This document shows positions 1 to 8,502 of a stretch of 37,112 nucleotides of DNA, one piece after another. The stretch is taken from assembly GCA_964505115.1 (NCBI GenBank), contig CAZDHN010000002.1:1-37112 (forward strand), read 5' to 3'. Below the pieces are notes generated by a model. It made no database searches and was not told where the DNA came from. It was given only the letters and a program-made list of their open reading frames with translations. Numbering within the stretch: the stretch's first letter is position 1; every line of letters starts with the position of its first letter. Source of the DNA: an uncultured Planctomycetaceae bacterium. GTDB taxonomy: Bacteria > Planctomycetota > Planctomycetia > Pirellulales > Thermoguttaceae. The position numbers and the translations under genes were made by a program.

Positions 1-26
1 AGTGCGAAGTACAATCGCCGCCAAGA

Positions 27-56
27 CACTGCTGGGCAAGCCAGCAGTGGCACCCC
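27..56. repeat. Family C hairpin end (CACTGCTGG-GCAAG-CCAGCAGTG followed by GCACCCC); partner end presumably left of the window
   Basis: Same stem-loop plus GGCACCC tail as at 6850-6872 and 34892-34916. Confidence 0.45.
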
Positions 57-162
57 GCGCCTGAAGACTGCGTTTTCAGCCTATTTCGCGGTCGTGGCGG
101 AATCGCAATTTCAGACCGTGCGTGGCGTAACTCCACATATCATATGCCGAGCGGGGTGGGTG

Positions 163-642
163 TCAAGGCGACGGCGCGGAAACCGGCACACCTCCGCCAG
201 GCTGTAGCGGCCCCCTGCCGAGGGCGGGGTCCGCTGCGAGGATTGCCTGCCGGATGAGCAGGAAGTTGGCTCCACGGTACTCGGTAACGGTGCCGCTGAC
301 TTTCCAACGCAGTTGCCTCGGATCGTCGGCGATTGTCCGGGCAATGCGTTGCAGGTTGAGGTTCTCCAGCCCCACCAGCCGTCTCTTGCCGTCGGCGGAG
401 AAGAAACTCACCCGATCGCCGCTGACCCGGAAATGCCCGTCCAGATCGACGATCTCGCTGCCTTCGCGGATACGTTTTTCGGCCCCCGTATCGGCCGACT
501 TATCGGCCGAATTGTCGGCAACCTGTGCCCAGAGAAGAGTTCCGCCTGCCATCAGCAGGATCGTGGCCAGCAGAGTACGGCCGGGAAACCGCCCGGTTCC
601 GGTCGTCGTCGGCGGAAGTGGCGCAAAAACTCGCGGTTCCAT
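163..642 (-). CDS. Hypothetical protein with N-terminal hydrophobic anchor/signal
   Basis: ORF 163..1008 trimmed to the internal ATG at 640-642 (MEPRVF...). The upstream part of the ORF is read-through of repeat B1 (translates as ...EFLRIQL...). Hydrophobic segment LLATILLMAGGTLLW. No family recognised. Confidence 0.55.
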   Translation of the reverse strand: MEPRVFAPLPPTTTGTGRFPGRTLLATILLMAGGTLLWAQVADNSADKSADTGAEKRIREGSEIVDLDGHFRVSGDRVSFFSADGKRRLVGLENLNLQRIARTIADDPRQLRWKVSGTVTEYRGANFLLIRQAILAADPALGRGPLQPGGGVPVSAPSP

Positions 643-796
643 GGTCAATCCTTCCTGGCTCGTAATCAAGCTGCCCGACTGATCCATTTTCGGAGGTCCG
701 GGCGTGCCGACGTGACGCAATCCGCCGCCGGCCATACCACCCGAACAGAGACGCGAACGCCGGCTGCACGGATCCCGGGCCGGCTCGGGTTGGCTT

Positions 797-927
797 TTGC
801 AGGAACGGGCTTGCGGAACCTCAATGGATCGGTGACACGTTTGTAGCTGAATTCGCAAGAATTCAGACGGATTTACGCTCACGGGCTGAATTCTTGCGAA
901 TCCAGCTACAAACGTGTTCCTGCGCCC
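797..927. mobile_element. Family B nested-palindrome element, copy B1 (MITE-like)
   Basis: GCAGGAAC...GTTCCTGCGCCC ends. Core GTAGCTGAATTCGCAAGAATTCAG / CTGAATTCTTGCGAATCCAGCTAC inverted repeat. Flanked by direct repeat GGTTGGCTTTTG (788-799 and 928-939). Matches 15649-15781 in reverse orientation. Confidence 0.7.
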
Positions 928-1149
928 GGTTGGCTTTTGGCAACATGATGATTCAACGCAACCGGTCCGGCCGTCCAGTGCAACGGTCGGCGGCACGCGG
1001 GAATTCACCTAAGTGCTTAACTGGCTAGGGTTTCCGTTGCGACAGGCGGTTCCATTGAGATGCTGGGCACACGGTTTGCCTAATAGGCATCGCACGGATC
1101 ATCAAGCTTCCGCCTCTTCACAATGTGCTCTCTGGCACCCCGGTTACCG

Positions 1150-2094
1150 ATGAAAACGAAACTATCGATCATCCTTCTGTGCGGACTATTCACGGCCAGC
1201 CTGCCGAGCCAGTCGATCGGCCAGATGACGGCAGCCGAGCAGTCGGGCGAGCCGGTCACGGTTGAGTTGACCAGCGGCCGCGCGTACACCGCGCAACTCG
1301 ATCCCGAAACCGACCCAAAACGCCTCTGGCTGCGTTGGGGTAAGCCGACGGCTTCGCTACAGCGCCCGATTCGCTGGGAAGAGATAGCCGAGGTGCGGAT
1401 TGCCGAGCGAACATTCTCCGGCGCGGAATTCCGGGAAGCGGTCGGGCTGTTTAGGAAGCAGCACCCCAAGGAATCGAAGCCGGCGGGCGGTAGCATTGAA
1501 ATCGTGCTCAAGGGCCCTGCCGGTGCCGATGACGCCACGGAAGGGGACAGGTCCATGTTTTCGGCCAACGATCGTTCCAGAAATACACCAATTGGCCGAA
1601 AAATGGACCAGTCCCCTGCTGACGCCGGCCGCGTGCGGACGTTGGTGATCGAGGCCTGGGTGGCTAATTGGGATTCCGACGTGGCCAGCGACGGCCTGAT
1701 GTTGGAGGTCAGTGCGCTGGACGAAAATGGCCAAGCGGTGCCGGTCCGCGGCACGCTCCAGGTCCGGCTAATCGCCGAATCGCCCGGCCGTGCTCGCGGC
1801 GGGCAGTCGTTCTCCAGGATCGGTCGATGGACCGAGCGGGTTCGGCAGTCCGACTTTCAGCATGGTTTGGCCAGCTACCGCTTGCCGTTCCAAAACGTCC
1901 ATCCCGAATTCGACTCCGAGTGGTCGGCCCAGGGCACGGTCCACGCGCGGCTGAGCATACCGGGTCAAGGCGTGTTGGAAAGCAGCCAAAGCACGGTACG
2001 AATCCGCTCCTACAGCTCCGCCCGCGACCGCCTCGAACAAGTCACCGGCAGTCGCTTCTTCTCGTCCGAACGGACGTCGCTTCGGGGTTGGTAG
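1150..2094 (+). CDS. Hypothetical secreted protein
   Basis: ATG 1150 gives a canonical signal peptide MKTKLSIILLCGLFTASLPSQS (alternative ATG at 1123). Long ORF in the sense frame. No family recognised. Confidence 0.65.
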   Translation: MKTKLSIILLCGLFTASLPSQSIGQMTAAEQSGEPVTVELTSGRAYTAQLDPETDPKRLWLRWGKPTASLQRPIRWEEIAEVRIAERTFSGAEFREAVGLFRKQHPKESKPAGGSIEIVLKGPAGADDATEGDRSMFSANDRSRNTPIGRKMDQSPADAGRVRTLVIEAWVANWDSDVASDGLMLEVSALDENGQAVPVRGTLQVRLIAESPGRARGGQSFSRIGRWTERVRQSDFQHGLASYRLPFQNVHPEFDSEWSAQGTVHARLSIPGQGVLESSQSTVRIRSYSSARDRLEQVTGSRFFSSERTSLRGW

Positions 2095-2204
2095 TGCGGA
2101 GCAGTGGCGGGCGGACCAATCTCGATCCCTATTGCTAGCTGCGCCCGCAACCCAAGAAAACCCGGAAACATGTGCGCACGGCGCGCATGTAGCAACGCAA
2201 GGAA

Positions 2205-2495
2205 CTAGCTAGGCCTGGGCATGGCCAGGCTGTGCAGGACTAACACGGCGCCGAGGGAGAGCAGGGCCCAGCCGATCCATTCGGGCGGCTGGAAAGTCTT
2301 GCTGGCGAACTTCGTCTCGGCACCCAACAGGGTGTCCGTCGAATCGGCGGCCGCGGCCATCGGATGGCCGGACCTTTCGGCCAGTATCTTGGTGAATTCC
2401 GGCGTGAGCGTATAGGAGTAGACCATGCGGAGTTGGAGACCCAGCATTAGCAGCACCAGGCCCGCCATGAACCATTGGTTTCGCGTAATGTCCAT
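2205..2495 (-). CDS. Small membrane protein with two predicted TM segments (hypothetical)
   Basis: ORF 2205..2729. The credible part starts at ATG 2493-2495 (MDITRNQWFMAGLVLLMLGL...) and ends with a second hydrophobic segment WIGWALLSLGAVLVLHSL. The Arg-rich 5' extension is doubtful. Confidence 0.5.
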   Translation of the reverse strand: MDITRNQWFMAGLVLLMLGLQLRMVYSYTLTPEFTKILAERSGHPMAAAADSTDTLLGAETKFASKTFQPPEWIGWALLSLGAVLVLHSLAMPRPS

Positions 2496-2852
2496 TGGCC
2501 AATCTCTTATCAGGTCCGTCCGCTGATGGTAGGACTCGCGGCGCGGCCGAAGCCGACGCCTCAATCGTTTTATCGAGTTAATCGGGCGGCCGACTTCAGG
2601 TGGCGCGTGTTGATAACGGTTATTTCGCGGCGGACGGGCCAACTCTTCCGAATGTTGCGATTGCATCGGGCGGGAAGTCTCGCCTGTAGCGACTGTCGCG
2701 GCTGGTGGATATTCACCCCCGCCCCGCATTGCTTGCCAGGCGACCGCCTATCCATTAGGCTGTTGGGATATCGAGCCACGTAATCGCCAACAGGCCGTTT
2801 GGGACCGTGCCGCTGGACCGGCGCGGTAGTCCCGCCAACAGGAGCCACGAGC

Positions 2853-3899
2853 ATGAATTCACGGGAGCGCGTGATTGCCGCCTTGGAGCGGCGCCAGCCG
2901 GACCGGGTGCCCTACTTCGAATGCGTTATCGACGAGAAAGTGATGCAATCGCTGCTGCCCGGTTGCGACTACTTCCAGTTCAACGACTGGATCGGCCAGG
3001 ATACCGTCAGCCAGAACCGCAGTTCCTGGAGCCGGGAGAACGTCGATTTCATCGACGAGGAAAAAGGCCTGTTCCGCGACAAGTGGGGCGTGATTCGGGC
3101 CTTCGGCCTGGAGAGCACGCCGGCACCCATCGAAGGCCCCATCAAAACACCCGAGGATTTGAAAACCTATCAGCCACCCGACCCCGAGGCCGACGACGTG
3201 GTGGGCAGCATCCCCGAGGTGGTCGAGCGCTACAAGGGCAAGAAGGCGACGGCCACGATCTGCCGCGACGCCTTCTTCAACCCGGCCTTCCTCCGCGGCA
3301 CCACCCAGTTCCTCATGGACATGGTCGATAATCCCAAGCTGGTCCACGAACTGATCGAGATGACGCTCAGCCACGATATTCGGGCGATGCAGCGGATGGT
3401 GGCGTTGGGAATGGACATCGTGGTGTTCGGTGACGACTACGCCGACAAGAACTCCACGTTGATGTCGCCCAAGCATTTCCGAGAGTTCATCTTTCCCGGG
3501 CTGAAACGCTGCGTCAAGGCGGCACACGAGGCGGGTGCGTACGTGGTCAAGCATACCGATGGCAACGTCATGGGCATTATCGATATGCTGATCGAGACGG
3601 GCATCGACGCGCTGAACCCGATCGAACCGCCGGCCGGCATGGATATCGGACTGATCAAGGAGAAGTACGGCGACCGGATTGCCGTCGTCGGCAACATCGA
3701 TTGCGGATACATCTTGAGCCAGGCGCCCGTCGAGGAGGTCCGCCGCGTTACCCGCCAGACAATCCAAACGGCCGCGCCCGGCGGCGGCTATTGCCTCTCC
3801 AGCTCCAACAGCATCCATTCCTCGGTCAAGCCGGAGAACTTCATGGCAATGATTGAAACGTTGCGGGAGTGCGGCGAGTATCCGATTAGTACGTCCTAA
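2853..3899 (+). CDS. Uroporphyrinogen decarboxylase (URO-D) family protein, MtaA/CmuA-like
   Basis: Start at ATG 2853 (MNSRERVIAALERRQPDRVP). Family-typical stretches: FGDDYA, VKHTDGNV, IETGIDALNPIEP, VVGNID, GGGYCLSSSNSI. Confidence 0.85.
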   Translation: MNSRERVIAALERRQPDRVPYFECVIDEKVMQSLLPGCDYFQFNDWIGQDTVSQNRSSWSRENVDFIDEEKGLFRDKWGVIRAFGLESTPAPIEGPIKTPEDLKTYQPPDPEADDVVGSIPEVVERYKGKKATATICRDAFFNPAFLRGTTQFLMDMVDNPKLVHELIEMTLSHDIRAMQRMVALGMDIVVFGDDYADKNSTLMSPKHFREFIFPGLKRCVKAAHEAGAYVVKHTDGNVMGIIDMLIETGIDALNPIEPPAGMDIGLIKEKYGDRIAVVGNIDCGYILSQAPVEEVRRVTRQTIQTAAPGGGYCLSSSNSIHSSVKPENFMAMIETLRECGEYPISTS

Positions 3900-3924
3900 G
3901 CAAGGCCTTCACCATGATTTGCGG

Positions 3925-4152
3925 TTAAGGCCATTCATTCAGATCCACCTGTTCGCATCCCTCCGTGATCGCCGCACTAATACGTTCTAGCTCATCTGCC
4001 GGAATGGCGCTGGCAAAATCAGCGACCACGGTTCCACGTGTGTCGGCATCGCCCCGCTTCAGCGAGCGCACGTATTGAAGAACGCGACGCTGGGCGTCCG
4101 GTTCAAGATTCTTGATTTCGGCCTGGATTTCAGAATTGAAGTCAGTGCTCAT
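3925..4152 (-). CDS. VapB-like type II antitoxin-like small protein (orphan)
   Basis: 75 aa. N-terminal ...LEPDAQRRVLQYVRSL... and C-terminal ...IPADELERISAAITEGCEQVDLNEW resemble antitoxins that normally precede vapC genes. No toxin ORF lies downstream. Confidence 0.6.
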   Translation of the reverse strand: MSTDFNSEIQAEIKNLEPDAQRRVLQYVRSLKRGDADTRGTVVADFASAIPADELERISAAITEGCEQVDLNEWP

Positions 4153-4233
4153 GTCGCGTCCCCAATAGGATCATACTAGCTACTCGTCCTTGCACCATGG
4201 TCTCTTCATTGCCATCCCGGCGAACGCCCGGAT

Positions 4234-4449
4234 TCACTGGGTAGCCGGAGAAGGTTCGCCATCGGGAACCTCGCTTTCGGCGGCGCCAGTGCTATCGGTT
4301 GTTCGGCCTTTCGGGCTTACGAACTCTCGGTCCGATTGCCGCTCGTCCCGCTGCAATTGGGCGACCAAGCTGTCCAGGGTATCGCCGGATTCGGCGAGCA
4401 ATCTCTCGCGCGTTTTGCGCAAATTGTCAAGTATCGGATTTTTCGACAT
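4234..4449 (-). CDS. Small protein downstream of and overlapping the PIN gene (putative cognate antitoxin)
   Basis: ATG 4447-4449 (MSKNPILDNLRKTRERLLAESGDTL...) is preceded by AGGAG with a 9-nt spacer. Overlaps the PIN ORF by 23 nt. Confidence 0.55.
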   Translation of the reverse strand: MSKNPILDNLRKTRERLLAESGDTLDSLVAQLQRDERQSDREFVSPKGRTTDSTGAAESEVPDGEPSPATQ

Positions 4450-4924
4450 CGTGTGCATCTCCTAAGAACTCGGTTGGCGTACATACGAGTAAACCGCCGT
4501 ATCCCCGGTCGGCAAGAATTGCATACATCCGTGGCAGCGTATGTGCGTTGGCAATATGCCGACAATTCTGTGTCAGCAAGTATTCTACACCCGCGAACGC
4601 GGCAGCGGCAACATGCAACGCATCCGCGGCAGCCTTTGCGGGCATCAACGACGGTGACATCAATGCCCTGGCGATTTCCCGGACTTCTTCCGTAATTGGC
4701 ACCAAGGGGATACCGTGAAGCAGTTTCAGTCGCTCGACGGCGGCACTGGGATCCCCCGCTGACGCTTCGTTGACGACCAGTTGAGATGTCACCAGATCGA
4801 ATCCTGGACGTTCCATTCGCCACCAGTCGCGAGCTTGTATCTGTAACGTGGCGACATTGAGATCGGAACTTGGCCAAGCGGCTGCGTGGCTGACAATCGA
4901 CGTCTCAATATAAACGCTTGCCAT
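4427..4924 (-). CDS. PIN-domain protein (VapC-like ribonuclease toxin family)
   Basis: N-terminal VYIETSIVS acidic motif, central ...DALHVAAAAFAGVEYLLTQNCRHIANA..., C-terminal ...LVCTPTEF. 165 aa. Confidence 0.75.
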   Translation of the reverse strand: MASVYIETSIVSHAAAWPSSDLNVATLQIQARDWWRMERPGFDLVTSQLVVNEASAGDPSAAVERLKLLHGIPLVPITEEVREIARALMSPSLMPAKAAADALHVAAAAFAGVEYLLTQNCRHIANAHTLPRMYAILADRGYGGLLVCTPTEFLGDAHDVEKSDT

Positions 4925-5178
4925 GACGTCCTCCTAGCCGAACGTTCGGTGGGTCTATCACTTCATGTTCTCTAACACCCGACTATAATTCTACACAAAA
5001 CCTCCCTGCCTGGGGAGGTGACTCCTCGCGGGACGCGGCTAGGATGGCGGGGCAATGTGTGCGGAGTCAAGTACTTGCGACGATTTCGCGCGCGGGGGGG
5101 ATTCAATCGGGGTGTCGATCGGATTAACATGATGTCTGGATTGTCGTTATTCAGAGCAAGGTCCAGCGGAGCATCGCC

Positions 5179-6660
5179 ATGCAAGCGAGTTGCCTCAACC
5201 GAACCGGCCCGACCAGGGCAATCACATACACGGCTATGGCCGCGATTCTGATCGTGTTATCGAGCGGCCCAAGTGCCGTTGCCCAGAATACGACGCAAGC
5301 GACGACTCGCCCGCCAAATATTCTCTTCATTCTGCTGGATAATCTCGGCAAGGACTGGTTCCGTTGCTACGGCAGCCAGGAGGACGAGACGCCCAACATC
5401 GACCGGCTGGCACGCTCGGGCGTGAAGTTCCGCGACTTCTACGTTACGCCCGTTTGCAGCACGACGCGGGTGATGCTACTTACCGGGCGGTATCCGTTCA
5501 GCACGGGCTGGCATACGCATCACGACCCGGCAATTTACGGCGGCGGCTATTTCGACTGGCGTCGCGAGGTTTGCCTGGCCCGGGTGCTGCGTTCGGCCGG
5601 CTACGCCACCTGCATATCGGGCAAGTGGCAGATCAACGATCTGTTCGACCCGGCCCAGAAGGACGCCCTAAAGCAGCACGGTTTCGACGAATACTGCATC
5701 TTCCCGGAAGGCAAGAAGGGGCACCCGGCACACAAGAAACGATACTGGGACCCTTACGTAATCCAGAACGGTCGCCGGCTCGACACGGCCGGCCGCTTCG
5801 GCCCGGATATCTTCCGCGAGTACCTGATCGACTACATGCGGCGGCATCGGGATCGGCCGTTCTTCGCCTACTTCTCGACCATTCTGACGCACATCCCGGT
5901 CGTGCCCACGCCGCTGAACAAGGGACGTGAGCTTACGCCCCGCGAGCAGTTCGTGGGCATGATCCGCTACGCCGACCGGCAAATCGCGCTGTTGGTCAAG
6001 TCGCTCGACGAACTCGGGCTGAGGGACAATACGATCGTCTTCATCGTGGTCGATAACGGCACCGACAACGGTACCGACCAGGGCGACGCCCATAGTCTGG
6101 GCGGCCGGATCAATGGCATGATTTCCGGCGAGGGGATCTATTCGCTGACCGAACGGGGGATCAACGTCCCGCTGATCGTCAACTGCCCGGCCCTGGTGCC
6201 CGGCGGTCGAGAGAGCGACGACCTGCTAGACGCGACCGACATCCTACCGACGCTGGCCGAGTTGGCCGGCGCGAAGCTTCCCGACGCCATGTTACCCGAC
6301 GGGCCGACCATCGACGGCCGCTCCTTCGCACCGCAACTGCTGGGCAAACCGGCCGACGAACCGTGGCGGCCCTGGTGCCTGTCGCAGTACTACAAAACCC
6401 GCGTCGTCCGGGGCGAGCGGTTTAAGCTCTATTCGACGGGCCGGTTCCACGACCTGGCAGCGGATCCGCTAGAACAGCACGATTTGTCCACCCGGCCGCT
6501 AACCGACCGGCACGCCCGCGCGGCCCACGCCCGACTCAAGCAAGTACTCGACCAACTCCCGCCGAACGCGCAGCTTCCCTGGGAATTCCGCAGCATCTCC
6601 GCCCGCAAAATCCGCAAGCAGGAAGCGGAAGAGCGGGCCAAACTGAACCGTTCCCGTTGA
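5179..6660 (+). CDS. Sulfatase (alkaline-phosphatase superfamily, S1 type) with signal peptide
   Basis: NILFILLDNLG...TPNIDRLARSGVKFRDFYVTPVCSTTRVMLLTGRYP is the classic sulfatase N-terminal block. ATG at 5179, alternative ATG at 5236. Confidence 0.9.
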   Translation: MQASCLNRTGPTRAITYTAMAAILIVLSSGPSAVAQNTTQATTRPPNILFILLDNLGKDWFRCYGSQEDETPNIDRLARSGVKFRDFYVTPVCSTTRVMLLTGRYPFSTGWHTHHDPAIYGGGYFDWRREVCLARVLRSAGYATCISGKWQINDLFDPAQKDALKQHGFDEYCIFPEGKKGHPAHKKRYWDPYVIQNGRRLDTAGRFGPDIFREYLIDYMRRHRDRPFFAYFSTILTHIPVVPTPLNKGRELTPREQFVGMIRYADRQIALLVKSLDELGLRDNTIVFIVVDNGTDNGTDQGDAHSLGGRINGMISGEGIYSLTERGINVPLIVNCPALVPGGRESDDLLDATDILPTLAELAGAKLPDAMLPDGPTIDGRSFAPQLLGKPADEPWRPWCLSQYYKTRVVRGERFKLYSTGRFHDLAADPLEQHDLSTRPLTDRHARAAHARLKQVLDQLPPNAQLPWEFRSISARKIRKQEAEERAKLNRSR

Positions 6661-6687
6661 TGACAATGGGAGGGCGAGGCTACTTCG

Positions 6688-6872
6688 GGTGCCACTGGCG
6701 TCTCGCCAGTGCTGATTAGCCCGGAGCTTGTTCGTTCGCATTCCTGATGCTCGTTCCGCGTCTACCGATTTGTGGCCGCACAAGCGGGCATCCGCACTTG
6801 CGCAAAGCGACTTCCTGGCGCAACAACGAGCAAGCTCCGATCTGTATTTCACTGGCGGAGCCAGTGGCACCC
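6688..6872. repeat. Family C element C-I (inverted hairpin ends GGGTGCCACTGGCG.. / ..GCCAGTGGCACCC)
   Basis: Left end 6688-6712 and right end 6850-6872 are inverted copies of one another. The left end plus about 25 nt matches 34758-34797. Also has an internal inverted repeat CGGAGCTTG(T)TCG / CGAGCAAGCTCCG. Confidence 0.6.
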
Positions 6873-6980
6873 AACGCCATCATCCTACGTCAACCGCACC
6901 ACGCGGACCACGGTGTTGGTGCCTTGGGGGAAGCCGGTGCAAGTGACGGTCAATTGGTCGCCGTCTTGCTTGAACTTCGT

Positions 6981-7079
6981 GTTGGCCCCGTCGCCCGCGA
7001 CGGGTTTGGCTGATTCAAGCGTTTGCTCCGGCCGGTCGCAGGCGACCGGGCTAACTGTTACACGTCTTTGAACCATGCC
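6981..7079. mobile_element. Family A nested-palindrome element, copy A1 (short subfamily, left end degenerate)
   Basis: GTTGGCCCCGTCGCCCGCGACGGG ... CCGGTCGCAGGCGACCGGGCTAAC ... TTTGAACCATGC. Same architecture as 23381-23524 and 32632-32736. Confidence 0.65.
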
Positions 7080-7148
7080 AATTTCTGCAACCTATGATTC
7101 AGTATTCCTTCCAATTGCACGTAACGCCCCCCCACCTTACCCCCCGCA

Positions 7149-8489
7149 ATGCGTGGATTGCATCCGATGGTGTACCGCGGAACGTCCCAATTCGCCTTTT
7201 TATGTTTGGTCCTGTTGTCGGCCATCGGCTGTGACCGGTCGTCCCAGCCTGTCGAGGATCGAGCCGTTTCGGTTCGCGTGATGCGCCCCGTCGTGCGCGA
7301 GGTGACTGACTACGCCTACTTCACGGGCCGGACGGCGGCCGTCGAGTCGGTCAACGTGCAGTCGCGCGTGACCGGATACCTGGATTCCGTGGATTTCAAG
7401 TCCGGGGCGATGGTGAAGACGGGCACCCGGCTGTTCAAGATTGATCCCCGGCCCTACCAAGCGGCGTTGGATAGAGCCGACAGTCGAGTGCAACTGGCCG
7501 AGGCGCGGCTGGGTCTGGCCAAGGCCAACTACCAACGCGCCCTGGAGGTTGCCAAAACACCCGGCGCCATCAGCCGACAGGATATCGATCGCTATGCGGC
7601 CGCCCAAGCCGAAGCCCAAGCCTCGGTGGCGGCGGCACAAGCCGATTCGGAATCCTCCAGGCTGGACGTTGAGTTCACCGACATTCTCTCACCGATCAAC
7701 GGCATCGTCGGGCGTAATCTGCTGGACATCGGCAATCTGGTCAAACAGGACTTCAGCCTGCTAACGACCGTTGTCTCGCAGGACCCGATGTACGTCTACT
7801 TCGACGTTGACGAGCAGACCATGCTTCGCGTACAGCGGATGATGGGGCGCGACGGGGTGAACCCGCCCCAGAAAGGCGGCGTTTTCGAGGTGCATGTCGG
7901 GCTGGCCGACGAAGGCGACCGCTACCCACACAAAGGCCGAATCGACTTCGTCAACAACCAAATGGGCATCTCAACGGCGACCATTCAAGTTCGTGCCAAG
8001 ATCCCCAACCCGCCCATGCGGAAGGGATCCATCCCGCTGCTGACGCCCGGGCTGTTTGTGCGAGTCCGCCTGCCGGTCAGCCTTCCTCACAAGGCGTTGC
8101 TCGTGCCACAGTCGACCCTGTGTACCGACCAGGGAGACAAGTACCTGCTGGTAGTTGATCGGAACAACATCGTTCGGCGCCGCCCCGTTACGCCGGGCCC
8201 AGAGCAAGCGGACCAGCTACAGGTTGTCATTCCGGAGAAGATGGTCAGCACCAAAGACGGCCTGCGAGTTGCCAGCAACGGCGACAAGGGCAAGAAGACC
8301 GTCAACAGCATCACCAGTTCCGACCGGATTATCAAGGGCGGACTGCAACGGGTGCGACCCGGCACGCGGGTCGAGGCGCGAGGGGCGGCCACCGCCGCGA
8401 AGAAGCCGAGCCAGACCGGGCCGCGGCCGTCACCGAGCGAAGGGCGCGACTCGGCGAGCGAGAAACCGGCCCCGAAAAGCGGCAACTGA
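7149..8489 (+). CDS. Efflux RND transporter periplasmic adaptor subunit (HlyD/MFP family), lipoprotein-type signal
   Basis: LLSAIGC lipobox. Typical adaptor blocks: VTGYLDSVDFKSGAMVKTGTRLFKIDPRPYQAAL, coiled-coil region, SPINGIVGRN. Directly precedes the RND pump. Confidence 0.9.
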   Translation: MRGLHPMVYRGTSQFAFLCLVLLSAIGCDRSSQPVEDRAVSVRVMRPVVREVTDYAYFTGRTAAVESVNVQSRVTGYLDSVDFKSGAMVKTGTRLFKIDPRPYQAALDRADSRVQLAEARLGLAKANYQRALEVAKTPGAISRQDIDRYAAAQAEAQASVAAAQADSESSRLDVEFTDILSPINGIVGRNLLDIGNLVKQDFSLLTTVVSQDPMYVYFDVDEQTMLRVQRMMGRDGVNPPQKGGVFEVHVGLADEGDRYPHKGRIDFVNNQMGISTATIQVRAKIPNPPMRKGSIPLLTPGLFVRVRLPVSLPHKALLVPQSTLCTDQGDKYLLVVDRNNIVRRRPVTPGPEQADQLQVVIPEKMVSTKDGLRVASNGDKGKKTVNSITSSDRIIKGGLQRVRPGTRVEARGAATAAKKPSQTGPRPSPSEGRDSASEKPAPKSGN

Positions 8490-8502
8490 GGCGGAGGGGC
8501 CC

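Noticed and set aside
643-1008. 5' extensions of ORFs 163..1008, 14504..16198 and 8155..11859
   Set aside because: The extensions read through repeat elements (..EFLRIQL..) or intergenic DNA. They precede internal starts that give canonical signal peptides or the canonical AcrB N-terminus.
2168-2190. Hairpin ACATG(T/C)GCGC-ACG-GCGCGCATGT between convergent genes, and a similar one at 3904-3932, as terminators
   Set aside because: The stems are real but no U-tract follows on either strand. They may still act as Rho-dependent or structural 3' ends, but I cannot support a terminator call.
7075-7281. 68-aa ORF starting at the ATG inside the family A end (..TTTGAACCATGCC..), and a similar ATG at 12026
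   Set aside because: It overlaps the adaptor gene start in another frame and has Pro/Cys/Arg-rich composition. The ATG is simply part of the conserved element end. Only at glmS does that ATG coincide with a real gene.
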